Source of the DNA: Chlamydiota bacterium | GTDB lineage: Bacteria; Chlamydiota; Chlamydiia; Chlamydiales; RGXB01 | Assembly: GCA_947494155.1 (NCBI GenBank) | Contig: CANLTW010000001.1 | Location: forward strand, 128,001-192,000 | Direction of reading: 5' to 3' | DNA: 64,000 bases | Part shown: positions 56,034 to 64,000 of the stretch, piece by piece | Layout of the letters: every line of letters starts with the position of its first letter | How positions within the stretch are numbered: the first letter of the stretch is position 1 | The notes under the pieces: generated by a model | What the model was told of the DNA's origin: nothing | The model's input: the letters and a program-made list of their open reading frames with translations, nothing else | Databases searched by the model: none | Position numbers and translations under genes: made by a program

Positions 56034-57206
56034 ATGGTCAAAAACACTCCCTATCTATTTGGAGGTGCCCTCACGATTAGTTCCATCGTTTGTCTCTCTT
56101 TTATAACCCCTTTAAAGGAGGTTTTTTTTAAAGATCATCATCTAATTTTAGCCCAAAACGGTTGTAAAAGCTCTTTAGAGAATCGAGATGGAATTGAACC
56201 TTGTACTGAGGGGAAATATCTAGCTTACGCAGCCCCCCTGGTAGGGTGCACCTATTCGTACGACTTGTCTTGTGCAGCTACTTATCAAATCTCCTCAGTC
56301 CAAGGAGTCGATATTGCCTGTATTACTAACGATCGCACTAACGTTTATTACCCTGTTGGTGGATTAGGTATTCAACCCCCCGAAATTCTCGCGTGGGGAT
56401 TTAAAGTGCAATTGGGGCATAAATTAGAACAAACCGACTGGGTAGTGCGTACTGAGTACAATTATTATAAAGCTGTAGCCAATTCAGGGACAAGAGTGCC
56501 TTACGGCCAGGGATTTTCCCCGTCAGCGTATGTAAATACTCAAGTGGATAAAAAACTTCCCGTATATACTATTTTTTCAAACCTTGATATGGGGACATCT
56601 ACTTTTCTGAATAATTTTCGGCTGAACATATCACGTCCCAGCAGGATCACCCCCCATTTGGAATACACAACCCAACTAGGTTTCGAAGCGAATTTTTTCC
56701 AAAGAAGACAACTTAGTGTATTTTCCAACGCTGTCGGTGATACAACGACAGGGTATGTTTCTAATCTCGGAGGGTTTTTTCAAAATTATCAAAAATTCTC
56801 CTGGTGGGGATTGGGACCAAGTATAGGTTTAACCTCACGTTGGGATCTGGGGAGTTATTTTTATTTTCTTGCTAATGGGTATGGTGCAATCACCTACGGA
56901 AATTCTTACTCTAGAACTGCAACCTTTAGTAAAAGAGTGATAGGAACCGCTACATTTGATGCACGCGAGGCTGCTGTTCAAAATGGGATGTCCCAGTTTG
57001 CCCCCTCAATGCGCTATCAAATGGGTTTAGAATATTGCTATTTATCTCAAGGGAGCGAAAGTCAGGTTAATTTTGAAATTGCGTATGAGACGGCCTACTA
57101 CTTTAATTTAATCCGTACGATTACCCCTGAAGGGGCGTTTCGAGGGGAAAATGGGGCAGGTTATGGACTACAGGGGTTGATTTTACAGGCCGGCATTACA
57201 TTTTGA
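56034..57206 (+). CDS. MOMP-like outer-membrane beta-barrel protein, paralog 8 (atypical N-terminus)
   Basis: WGFKVQLG, FQNYQKFSWWGLGP and GYGLQGLILQAGITF; appears closest to paralog 7. Confidence 0.82.
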   Translation: MVKNTPYLFGGALTISSIVCLSFITPLKEVFFKDHHLILAQNGCKSSLENRDGIEPCTEGKYLAYAAPLVGCTYSYDLSCAATYQISSVQGVDIACITNDRTNVYYPVGGLGIQPPEILAWGFKVQLGHKLEQTDWVVRTEYNYYKAVANSGTRVPYGQGFSPSAYVNTQVDKKLPVYTIFSNLDMGTSTFLNNFRLNISRPSRITPHLEYTTQLGFEANFFQRRQLSVFSNAVGDTTTGYVSNLGGFFQNYQKFSWWGLGPSIGLTSRWDLGSYFYFLANGYGAITYGNSYSRTATFSKRVIGTATFDAREAAVQNGMSQFAPSMRYQMGLEYCYLSQGSESQVNFEIAYETAYYFNLIRTITPEGAFRGENGAGYGLQGLILQAGITF

Positions 57207-58232
57207 TTCACTCTCAAAAGAACCTATTTTTTTAGATTCCGTTTCCCCGTTTTCGAACGTGAGTGAGGAGAAATCAAAAGAGATTAGATGATGAAACATC
57301 TCTTCAAGAGTTTGTGAGCGATTCACAAGATCCCTAAGCTGTTTAGCTCCTTGTAAATCTCTTAAATACCAACAAGCGACTCGCCGTAGACTAAGTAGAG
57401 CTTTGCGCGGCGATTCGTAATGCACAATCTCTTGGTAATGCTCTAGTAGTGTATTTTTAATGAGCCACGGGGTTACCTGAAATTCTTTTTTTTCGTTCAG
57501 GGCTTCGACAATTTCTTGGTGAATCCAGGGTTTACCCATAGTCCCTCTTGCAACAAGAATCCCACTACAACCCCTATCCAGAAGATCTTTTGCCGATAGG
57601 GGGTCGAAAATATCTCCGTTTCCGATGATATGAATAGATTTTGCATGATTAACGGCCTCTTGAATAAGATCCCTATTAGAAAAACCTCTATAGCCCTGCT
57701 CACGGGTGCGTCCATGGATGGTCAATGCAGTTACACCTGCTGCTTCAGCAAGTTCAACCATTTTTAAATGGATTAGATTTTTTTCGTCCCATCCCACACG
57801 TATTTTCACTGTAACCGGAATCGCTACACTTTTGACCATCTCACCTAAAATTAGAAAAAGCTTATCTAAAGTCTTTAAAAGAGCCGATCCGCTACCGTCT
57901 TTGGTTACTTTGTCCACAGGACAGCCACAGTTTAAATCAACGACATCGAAACCAAGATCTTCGACGATTTTAGCCGCTGTAGGTGCTATTTTGGGATCGG
58001 AACCGCATAGTTGCGCCCCGATAGGGTGCATCGAGGGGTCAAAATCCAAAAAACGGTAAGTCGAGGACTCCTTACGGACCAAAGCCTCCATTTTACACAT
58101 CTCTGTAAACATCAGTCCCGGTTTGTATTTAGCGCTCATACGTCGAAAGGGGTAGTCCGAGCAACCTGCAAGGGGTGCATACCAGACATTTGAGGGGAGA
58201 TGAAGTTTTTTTAGAGTTAGGGGTTTGATCAT
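57183..58232 (-). CDS. dusB: tRNA dihydrouridine synthase (DusB-like)
   Basis: APLAGCSDYPFR, QLCGSDP, DLNCGCPV, GSGSALL, PVTVKIRVGWD, IHGRTR and GNGDI. Confidence 0.9.
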   Translation of the reverse strand: MIKPLTLKKLHLPSNVWYAPLAGCSDYPFRRMSAKYKPGLMFTEMCKMEALVRKESSTYRFLDFDPSMHPIGAQLCGSDPKIAPTAAKIVEDLGFDVVDLNCGCPVDKVTKDGSGSALLKTLDKLFLILGEMVKSVAIPVTVKIRVGWDEKNLIHLKMVELAEAAGVTALTIHGRTREQGYRGFSNRDLIQEAVNHAKSIHIIGNGDIFDPLSAKDLLDRGCSGILVARGTMGKPWIHQEIVEALNEKKEFQVTPWLIKNTLLEHYQEIVHYESPRKALLSLRRVACWYLRDLQGAKQLRDLVNRSQTLEEMFHHLISFDFSSLTFENGETESKKIGSFESESKCNAGL

Positions 58233-58474
58233 AAAAAATGCCTCAAAAAGGTTTGCAAACCTTGTAAAAGAAAGAGGGCAAAAAGGGGCGAGAGATCAAG
58301 AATCCCTCCGATAGGTGGTATCTGTTTTTTAAAAAAAAGGAGATAAGGGTCGGTGATTTTTTCTATCCAGGAGGCCAACGTGTACTTTCTGAGTTCAGGT
58401 AGCCACGAGAGAATGATTCGAAGCATAAGACAAAACCCGTAAAGGGTTAGTAAGGGGTCAATCCAAGAAAGCAT
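58229..58474 (-). CDS. yggT: YggT family membrane protein
   Basis: RIILSWLP...ITDPYL...IPPIGGILDLSPLFA. Confidence 0.9.
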   Translation of the reverse strand: MLSWIDPLLTLYGFCLMLRIILSWLPELRKYTLASWIEKITDPYLLFFKKQIPPIGGILDLSPLFALFLLQGLQTFLRHFL

Positions 58475-58607
58475 ATTGGTCCTTATCCTTTAATTGTGCT
58501 ATTCTTTTTATTAAGAGAGCGACCCCTAATCTTAAAAACGCAAGTCGACATTTTTTTAGGAAGCTTCCTCAATAAACACCATCTAGAATAACCGATTATC
58601 GAAATCT

Positions 58608-59732
58608 ATGAAAGCGATTGGGACATCTTTTTTTGGGGCAGAACCGCTGAGAGCCCTTTTGGCTAAGGACGGCTTGAGTTTTACCGTTTATCAAAAAGAG
58701 AATTTAACAGTTCAGCAACAGCCGCTTAAAGCCCTTGCAATCGATTTTTTCGATACCAAGGTGCGTTTCTATCCTTTACCAAAAACAAAGAGCCATACGC
58801 AAAAAAAACTTCTATTTACAAGGCTGTCGAGTGATTTGATGCTCGATCTAGACTTGTTAAAGGTTTCTTTTAAAAATGCACCATTGGGAGTCGAGGTACA
58901 TTTAGTCGAAAAAAAATTGCTGGAGCCGTTAAAAAAAGAGTTTGACTTTATTACGAGCGCTGAGCAGGCCCTATTTCGCTACTTGCGCGATTTTAAAGGG
59001 GTAAAAGAATCTGTATTAGTCCTTGTGGATCGGGAAAAACAGACTTTATGTCTATACTATACCCCTAATCGTTGGGTGGCTTTTGCAACGGTGGACAACT
59101 GCCCTAAAAATCACGAGGCTATCCAAAAACATTGGGGTTTAGAAAAAGTTTTTTTTCTAGGCATAGATTCTTTAGAAAAAACAAAGGAGTGCCTGCCAAA
59201 AGAAACTCTGCCGCTAGAGGCTCTTGCGATTGGAGCTGCAATCGAAGCTTTAGATACTGAGGGGGTATTTTTTCATGAGCCTTTAGAAAATGGGGATTTT
59301 CGAAAAGAGCTTTTAAAAAAGAGCAAAAATTTCTCTCTTCTTCTAAGCTTGATATTTGCCTCTTTGTGTATTTTTTTTGAAATTCATACGCAATTCAAAA
59401 GCAAACAGATTGAGCGGGAAATTCTTGTGTATCAGCAGCTGGAGGATTTTCCAAAACAGCCCACAAAAAATCCGAAAAAAGTCAGCTTGCTGCTTAAAGA
59501 GCTGAGTAGTTCTTTAGAGCCGTTCGGACTTGAGCTAATCGAGTGCGAAGTACAACAGGAACTAATAGAAAAAAAACCCTATCTAGAGATGAGATTTCGT
59601 ATCGATGGGGAGAGTCAACAAATGGAAAAATATGAGCAGTCGGTCAGAAAAATTTCCTCATCCATTTTTTCAAAAATGCAGCCTATACCTGAGGAAAAAA
59701 AGGGGGCTTTTAGCCTCAGAATTCCTATTTGA
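58608..59732 (+). CDS. Hypothetical bitopic membrane protein (GspL/PilM-N-like architecture?)
   Basis: 374 aa: about 240-aa N-terminal domain, single TM (FSLLLSLIFASLCIFF) and an alpha/beta C-terminal domain. Confidence 0.7.
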   Translation: MKAIGTSFFGAEPLRALLAKDGLSFTVYQKENLTVQQQPLKALAIDFFDTKVRFYPLPKTKSHTQKKLLFTRLSSDLMLDLDLLKVSFKNAPLGVEVHLVEKKLLEPLKKEFDFITSAEQALFRYLRDFKGVKESVLVLVDREKQTLCLYYTPNRWVAFATVDNCPKNHEAIQKHWGLEKVFFLGIDSLEKTKECLPKETLPLEALAIGAAIEALDTEGVFFHEPLENGDFRKELLKKSKNFSLLLSLIFASLCIFFEIHTQFKSKQIEREILVYQQLEDFPKQPTKNPKKVSLLLKELSSSLEPFGLELIECEVQQELIEKKPYLEMRFRIDGESQQMEKYEQSVRKISSSIFSKMQPIPEEKKGAFSLRIPI

Positions 59733-60315
59733 GAGAAAAAATTTTTTTTGGGTCCAATTTTTTGGATTCCCTCTTATCCCTATTTTAGCGGCCGTAGTAT
59801 TTGTCCTAATATCCCGGATATCCTATGCAAGGTGGGAAAAATCTTTAGAAGAGAAGAAAGAAAGGCTGTATGGAGCTTTCTTGGAAAAGGGGCGCTACGA
59901 GGTTTTTTTCCAACAATATCCTCAAAAACAGAGCTTTGATCTAGAAAAAGCCCTCTTGTCGTTGACATTTCTTTTAAATCTAGAGAAGAAGGTAGAGGAG
60001 TTCCCCCTTTTAAAAAAAACCCCTTTTGCGGACAAAAAAATTTGGGATCAAAAAATTCTTTTCAAGAATGGTAAAACGAGAATGCAAAGCCCTTATATGT
60101 ACATCGAAAAGAGTTTCGAGAAACCGGTTTTTATGGATCAAGAAGATCTGCTCGTTTTTTTAAAAAAAATTGAAGAGACCACTCCGGAGGGATTTTCCTC
60201 AATTGGTGCGGGGGAGTTGTTTTTTCGCTATTTCCATATGAAAAAAACGAAAAATCCCCTTGGGACATTTTATCTTGTAGATGCTAAAATTACCGAGAAA
60301 AGAGGGGCTTTATGA
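59605..60315 (+). CDS. Hypothetical protein with N-terminal TM (start uncertain)
   Basis: TM segment FFWVQFFGFPLIPILAAVVFVLI followed by a coiled region; ATGA-coupled to the next gene; the annotated start overlaps the previous gene by more than 100 nt. Confidence 0.6.
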   Translation: MGRVNKWKNMSSRSEKFPHPFFQKCSLYLRKKRGLLASEFLFERKNFFWVQFFGFPLIPILAAVVFVLISRISYARWEKSLEEKKERLYGAFLEKGRYEVFFQQYPQKQSFDLEKALLSLTFLLNLEKKVEEFPLLKKTPFADKKIWDQKILFKNGKTRMQSPYMYIEKSFEKPVFMDQEDLLVFLKKIEETTPEGFSSIGAGELFFRYFHMKKTKNPLGTFYLVDAKITEKRGAL

Positions 60316-61559
60316 GATTTTTTGGGTGTATTCTTCTATTTTTTTTGGTTGGTTGTGCGCAAAAAAAACTGGCAAATGAACAAGCATTAGTCTCTATCCA
60401 GCTGATGGATAGAAATGGGGTGCAAGAGACGATATCGCAACCGGAGAGGTTGAAAAAGTTTGAAAGTGTCAATTTTTTAGAACCGCAACCTTACGAAAAG
60501 GTCACCTGTCACTATAAGCACAATGGGTTTTCCTCTTCTAAAGTGCTCTCTTACCATAAAAATGGGCAGATTATGCAATTTTTAGAGGTGGTCTCTTCCC
60601 GTGCAAAAGGGGCTTACAGAGAATTTTTTGAAAATGGAAGTTTAAAGCTAGAGGCAGAGGTCATTGAGGGGGTGGGAGACCTCTCTTACGTTGCTCAAGA
60701 GAGCTGGGTTTTTGACGGGGTATCCAAAGTCTACTACGAAAACGGAAATCTTAAGGCAACAGTATCGTACGCAAAGGGTGTTTTGGAGGGGAAAAGCACC
60801 TATTATCGTGACGAAGGGTCTATTTGGAAAACCACTCCATTTATTTCCGGTTTGATGGAAGGGGAAGAGCTCTACTTCTCCTCAGCGGGGGAATTAGTTG
60901 GATCTGTAACTTTTGTCCAGGGGCAAAAAGAGGGAAAATCTTGGTTTGGGCCCCAACTTGATGGATTGACAACCCATGAGGAATTTTCTAAAGGGAAGCT
61001 TTTGGAAGCAGAGTATCGAGCTATCGATGGGGAGCTTGTCTCTAGAGTGGCAGACGGGGAGGGGATAAGGACAATTTTTGAAAAAGGGAGGCTGTTTTCC
61101 AGGGAAGAAATTTCGGGTGGCATTCCGCAGGGAAAAGTGAGTTTTTTCCACCCTAAAGGGGGGTTAGAGCATACCATAATGCAAAAAAATGGGGTGAAAG
61201 AGGGCGAGGAGTGCTTTTTTCATCCAAACAGCAAACTGAAATTGAGAATCATTTGGGAAAACGATCAGATTCACGGAGTTGTCCAGTCTTGGTACGAAGA
61301 GGGGATGGTTGAGAGCGAAAGGATGTATGCCGGAAATAAAAAAGAGGGGACAGCCTTTGCCTGGTATAAAGACGGCTCACGGATGTTAATTGAAGAGTAT
61401 GAAAATGACATTCTTTTGTCGGGACGCTACTATAAAAAAGGGGATCAAGAGCCCGTTTCCAGGGTAAAAGAGGGTGAGGGGATAGCTACTTTGTATGACG
61501 CTAGAGGAAACTTTTTAAAAAAGATTTCCTACAAAAAAGGGCTCCCTTCCCATGAATAA
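60312..61559 (+). CDS. MORN-variant repeat (YwqK-like) lipoprotein
   Basis: Lipobox LVG|C; repeats YHKNGQI, FFENGSLK, YYENGNLK, WYEEG and WYKDG. Confidence 0.85.
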   Translation: MRFFGCILLFFLVGCAQKKLANEQALVSIQLMDRNGVQETISQPERLKKFESVNFLEPQPYEKVTCHYKHNGFSSSKVLSYHKNGQIMQFLEVVSSRAKGAYREFFENGSLKLEAEVIEGVGDLSYVAQESWVFDGVSKVYYENGNLKATVSYAKGVLEGKSTYYRDEGSIWKTTPFISGLMEGEELYFSSAGELVGSVTFVQGQKEGKSWFGPQLDGLTTHEEFSKGKLLEAEYRAIDGELVSRVADGEGIRTIFEKGRLFSREEISGGIPQGKVSFFHPKGGLEHTIMQKNGVKEGEECFFHPNSKLKLRIIWENDQIHGVVQSWYEEGMVESERMYAGNKKEGTAFAWYKDGSRMLIEEYENDILLSGRYYKKGDQEPVSRVKEGEGIATLYDARGNFLKKISYKKGLPSHE

Positions 61560-62058
61560 AGGGGAATTCAGAAAAAAAATTTTGGAGCTATTTCCTCATG
61601 ATCCAAGGCTTACTGAAGATTTCGTAGAGAGAGTTTCCCCTTTTTTAATGGGGAATGTGCTGAGTTATCTTCCCCTTGAAAAGGAGTGTAATATTGCACA
61701 GCTGAATAAGATTTTATTGAGTCAAGGGCGCCTTTTTCTACCAGAAATTGATGGGGATCAGTTGCAGGTAGTAAAGGTGCTTGATCTAGAGCCTTTGAAA
61801 GAGAGTGCATGGAATACAGCCATATGTCACTCATCCATTCCAAAAACGGTAAATGAGATACAAACAGTCCTTGTCCCCTGTTTAGGGGTGGATCTCTCAT
61901 TTCGTCGTCTAGGGAGAGGAAAAGGATATTATGACCGGTTTTTAAAACAGCTGAATCCTAAAGTAAGGCGCATATCGATTGTCTACAAAGAGCAGGTTTG
62001 TTTAAGTTTGCCTGAAGATGCTTGGGATGAAAAAGTCGATACGATTTTTGTCTTTTAA
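61552..62058 (+). CDS. ygfA: 5-formyltetrahydrofolate cyclo-ligase
   Basis: VLVPCLGVD...RLGRGKGYYDRFL and PEDAWDEKVD. Confidence 0.88.
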   Translation: MNKGEFRKKILELFPHDPRLTEDFVERVSPFLMGNVLSYLPLEKECNIAQLNKILLSQGRLFLPEIDGDQLQVVKVLDLEPLKESAWNTAICHSSIPKTVNEIQTVLVPCLGVDLSFRRLGRGKGYYDRFLKQLNPKVRRISIVYKEQVCLSLPEDAWDEKVDTIFVF

Positions 62059-62064
62059 ACAAAA

Positions 62065-62448
62065 TTAGTACTCAATAAACGGCCTGGTATTTTGGTTAGG
62101 TTCTTCATTTTTGGGGTTTTGGATTTTACATCCTTTAGGACCTTGAGGGGATCCCATAGCATTAACAAAGGCGCCGCTCGGGACGTCAGGCCATGCTCCA
62201 AAAAGATCTCCGGTATCACAAAAAAAAGAGACCCGAAAAGGGGTTGTAGTCCAGCTGGGATTTTTTTCGAAGCCAGTGTACCCCAGCTCCCACACAAGCG
62301 TTACCTGTGGTCCTAGGTCTAAAGTCTCCAATCTTGTTCCATCCCAGGCATAAATGGTACAGTGTAGATCAAAAGCAGAATCATTAAAGAGTCTTAAAGT
62401 TTGGCTAAAAAGAGAAAAGCCAAAGAATAATGGGGCCCATTTCAACAT
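62065..62448 (-). CDS. Hypothetical secreted protein
   Basis: ATG 62448 gives a signal-like MLKWAPLFFGFSLFSQ (the ORF track start is TTG 62484); beta-rich mature part. Confidence 0.6.
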   Translation of the reverse strand: MLKWAPLFFGFSLFSQTLRLFNDSAFDLHCTIYAWDGTRLETLDLGPQVTLVWELGYTGFEKNPSWTTTPFRVSFFCDTGDLFGAWPDVPSGAFVNAMGSPQGPKGCKIQNPKNEEPNQNTRPFIEY

Positions 62449-62480
62449 ATTTTGGATACTAAATCCGATTGTTTCGGTTG

Positions 62481-63989
62481 TCAATCTTCATCTGAAAAAT
62501 AGGCCCCTTTTATATCAATAAGCCCAAGACTACTAATATGAATCCCTTTTAAATGGGGATTTTTTACATATTGCATAGATATCTGATAGAGCGGGATGAC
62601 AGGAGACGCCTCAAGGAGAATCTCCTCGGCAGCCTCAAGTAATTTGGTTCTTTCCTCCCCCTTTGAAAAGAGAGCTTTATCAATCAGCTCCTTGAATTGG
62701 GGATCCTCCCAAAAAGTATTGTTTGTCCCCGTATCCGAGGTTCTAAAATTTTGCAAAAAGTTCAGAGGATCGGGTACATCTGCAATCCAGTTGCCTAGTG
62801 CAAGATCGTAGTCTTTTTTAGATACTCTCGAAAAGAAAACTTTAGGCTCCAACCGCTCGAGATGAATTTGAATTCCCACCGCTTCTAATTGGGACTGGAT
62901 TGCCTGCGCGATACGATTTGATAAAGGGGAAAAGGCATAGGAGAGGGTGAATATACGGGTTTGCGGACATCGATTAAGGAGATCTTTTGCCGCCTCTTTT
63001 CCCCCGTCTTGGTATTGAATCTTTGAAAAAGTGTTTGGACAGATTCTCAAAGCAGGGGTTTGTGAATTGAATAAAATGTGTTCACACAGGTCTTTACGAT
63101 GGATTGCAGTAGCAATCGCTTTTCTAAATAAAGGCTGGGATAACTCATCCCTGCTGGTATTTACACGTATCCATTGGGTGGCTAAAATAGGGTGGGTGGT
63201 CAACTTTCCTAGGTGGCTAAGTGCATCTCTACTATCGGGGGGAATCGTTCCGAATGGGGACCCCTCTAAATCCAGTTGCCCTTTTTCAAAAAGCTGTAAC
63301 CCCGTCTCACAATCACACATGTTCAGCTCAACCTTATCGATAGAAACACCCCCTTTGTCCCAATAGTGCAAGTTTTTCGTTAGAGTAATTTGGTAGTTGT
63401 GAAACCAATTAAACAGACAAAAAGGGCCATTGTACACCCCCTCTGAGCTAGGCGTGGGGAAAAAAATCGGAAGAGCAAGCAACTCCAGAAAGAAGGGGAT
63501 GGGGTGGACGAGTTGAAATTCTAAAATGGTATCGTCTAGCGCCTTTACCCCCAAGCTATCCATATCTTGGCGCCCTTTTTTGATCCGCTCAGCCCCTTTT
63601 ATGTAGTAAAATAAAAAGGCATAGTCGCTAGGGAAATCTGCGTGGAGCAGACTCTTGTAGGCGCGAACAAAATCTTGAGCTAAGATGGGTTTACCGTTCG
63701 ACCAAAAGGTTTTTTTTAACTTGAACCGGTAAAGAGTCTCCGTTTCATCTACGGTATAGTCTTCAGCGAGAGCTTTTATCAAACCCTCTTTTGTATTTCT
63801 AAAAAGCCCCTCATAGATCATATTTGCTATATTGATATCGTTAAGGGTGCGTAAACGCCGTGTATCTAAAGAGTGGGGCTCTGCTACAATATTTAAAGAG
63901 AGTTTAACCGGATCCTTTGGCCCGCTAGAGCACATGGCAAGGTAGAAAAATGCTATAAAGGAAAAAAGAGTGTGTCGATCTATACGCAT
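62481..63989 (-). CDS. oppA: Oligopeptide ABC transporter substrate-binding lipoprotein
   Basis: Lipoprotein-type Cys (LAM|C); EPHSLD, IYEGL, WSNGKPILAQDF, NGPF, WIADVPDPLNFL and AEEILL...PVIPLY. Confidence 0.9.
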   Translation of the reverse strand: MRIDRHTLFSFIAFFYLAMCSSGPKDPVKLSLNIVAEPHSLDTRRLRTLNDINIANMIYEGLFRNTKEGLIKALAEDYTVDETETLYRFKLKKTFWSNGKPILAQDFVRAYKSLLHADFPSDYAFLFYYIKGAERIKKGRQDMDSLGVKALDDTILEFQLVHPIPFFLELLALPIFFPTPSSEGVYNGPFCLFNWFHNYQITLTKNLHYWDKGGVSIDKVELNMCDCETGLQLFEKGQLDLEGSPFGTIPPDSRDALSHLGKLTTHPILATQWIRVNTSRDELSQPLFRKAIATAIHRKDLCEHILFNSQTPALRICPNTFSKIQYQDGGKEAAKDLLNRCPQTRIFTLSYAFSPLSNRIAQAIQSQLEAVGIQIHLERLEPKVFFSRVSKKDYDLALGNWIADVPDPLNFLQNFRTSDTGTNNTFWEDPQFKELIDKALFSKGEERTKLLEAAEEILLEASPVIPLYQISMQYVKNPHLKGIHISSLGLIDIKGAYFSDED

Positions 63990-64000
63990 ATAATGGTCAA

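Noticed and set aside
43435..57206. Invertible or silent-cassette antigenic variation, or a diversity-generating retroelement, in the porin array
   Set aside because: All copies are full length with their own start signals; no recombinase, reverse transcriptase, flanking inverted repeats or adenine-specific template/variable repeat pair was seen.
59691..59715. A_AAA_AAG slippery heptamer near the end of ORF 58608 as a programmed frameshift fusing it to ORF 59605
   Set aside because: A -1 shift reads GGG GGC TTT TAG and stops at once; ORF 59605 is in the +1 frame; A-runs are common throughout this genome.
1..64000. Short ORF-track entries antisense or out of frame to the called genes; CRISPR arrays, IS elements, rRNA and prophage genes
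   Set aside because: The short ORFs overlap well-supported genes and lack motifs; no regularly spaced repeats, transposase motifs, rRNA-like sequence or phage genes were found.

Overview
A compact, housekeeping-rich chromosomal segment, most likely from an environmental member of the Chlamydiae (inferred from the chlamydial-type sigma66, the thrS-parA-pGP6-D cluster, the gspD/E/F-pseudopilin cluster and MOMP-like porins). It contains: a MORN-repeat gene running off the left edge; a type II secretion cluster; mutY; two TagF-like genes; mreC; aspC; a tandem duplication of rpoD plus tRNA-Ala(GGC); a coiA-like gene; rpsT; an LplT-like MFS transporter; a split recC with recB and recD; prfC; a papain-like hypothetical protein; thrS; parA and pGP6-D; an Rsm22-like gene; ung; tRNA-Pro(GGG); a probable oriC at about 39.6-39.95 kb; a glmU-like gene; ispA; recA; glk; eight paralogous MOMP-like beta-barrel genes interrupted by three glycosyltransferase-like genes; dusB; yggT; a MORN lipoprotein; ygfA; and oppA. 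Two loci stand out. First, the rpoD duplication has its junction exactly at the start codon, so one copy sits behind a remodelled aspC leader; that copy carries an RpoS-type Q->E change in region 2.2, shows patchy identity with its twin, and is followed by a tRNA copy converted into a perfect hairpin. Second, in the porin array four genes share a fixed-distance 5' leader motif, and a cassette of apparently exported glycosyltransferases is embedded in it. No CRISPR array, transposase or phage gene was seen. All family assignments are by eye from motifs; no database searches were run.
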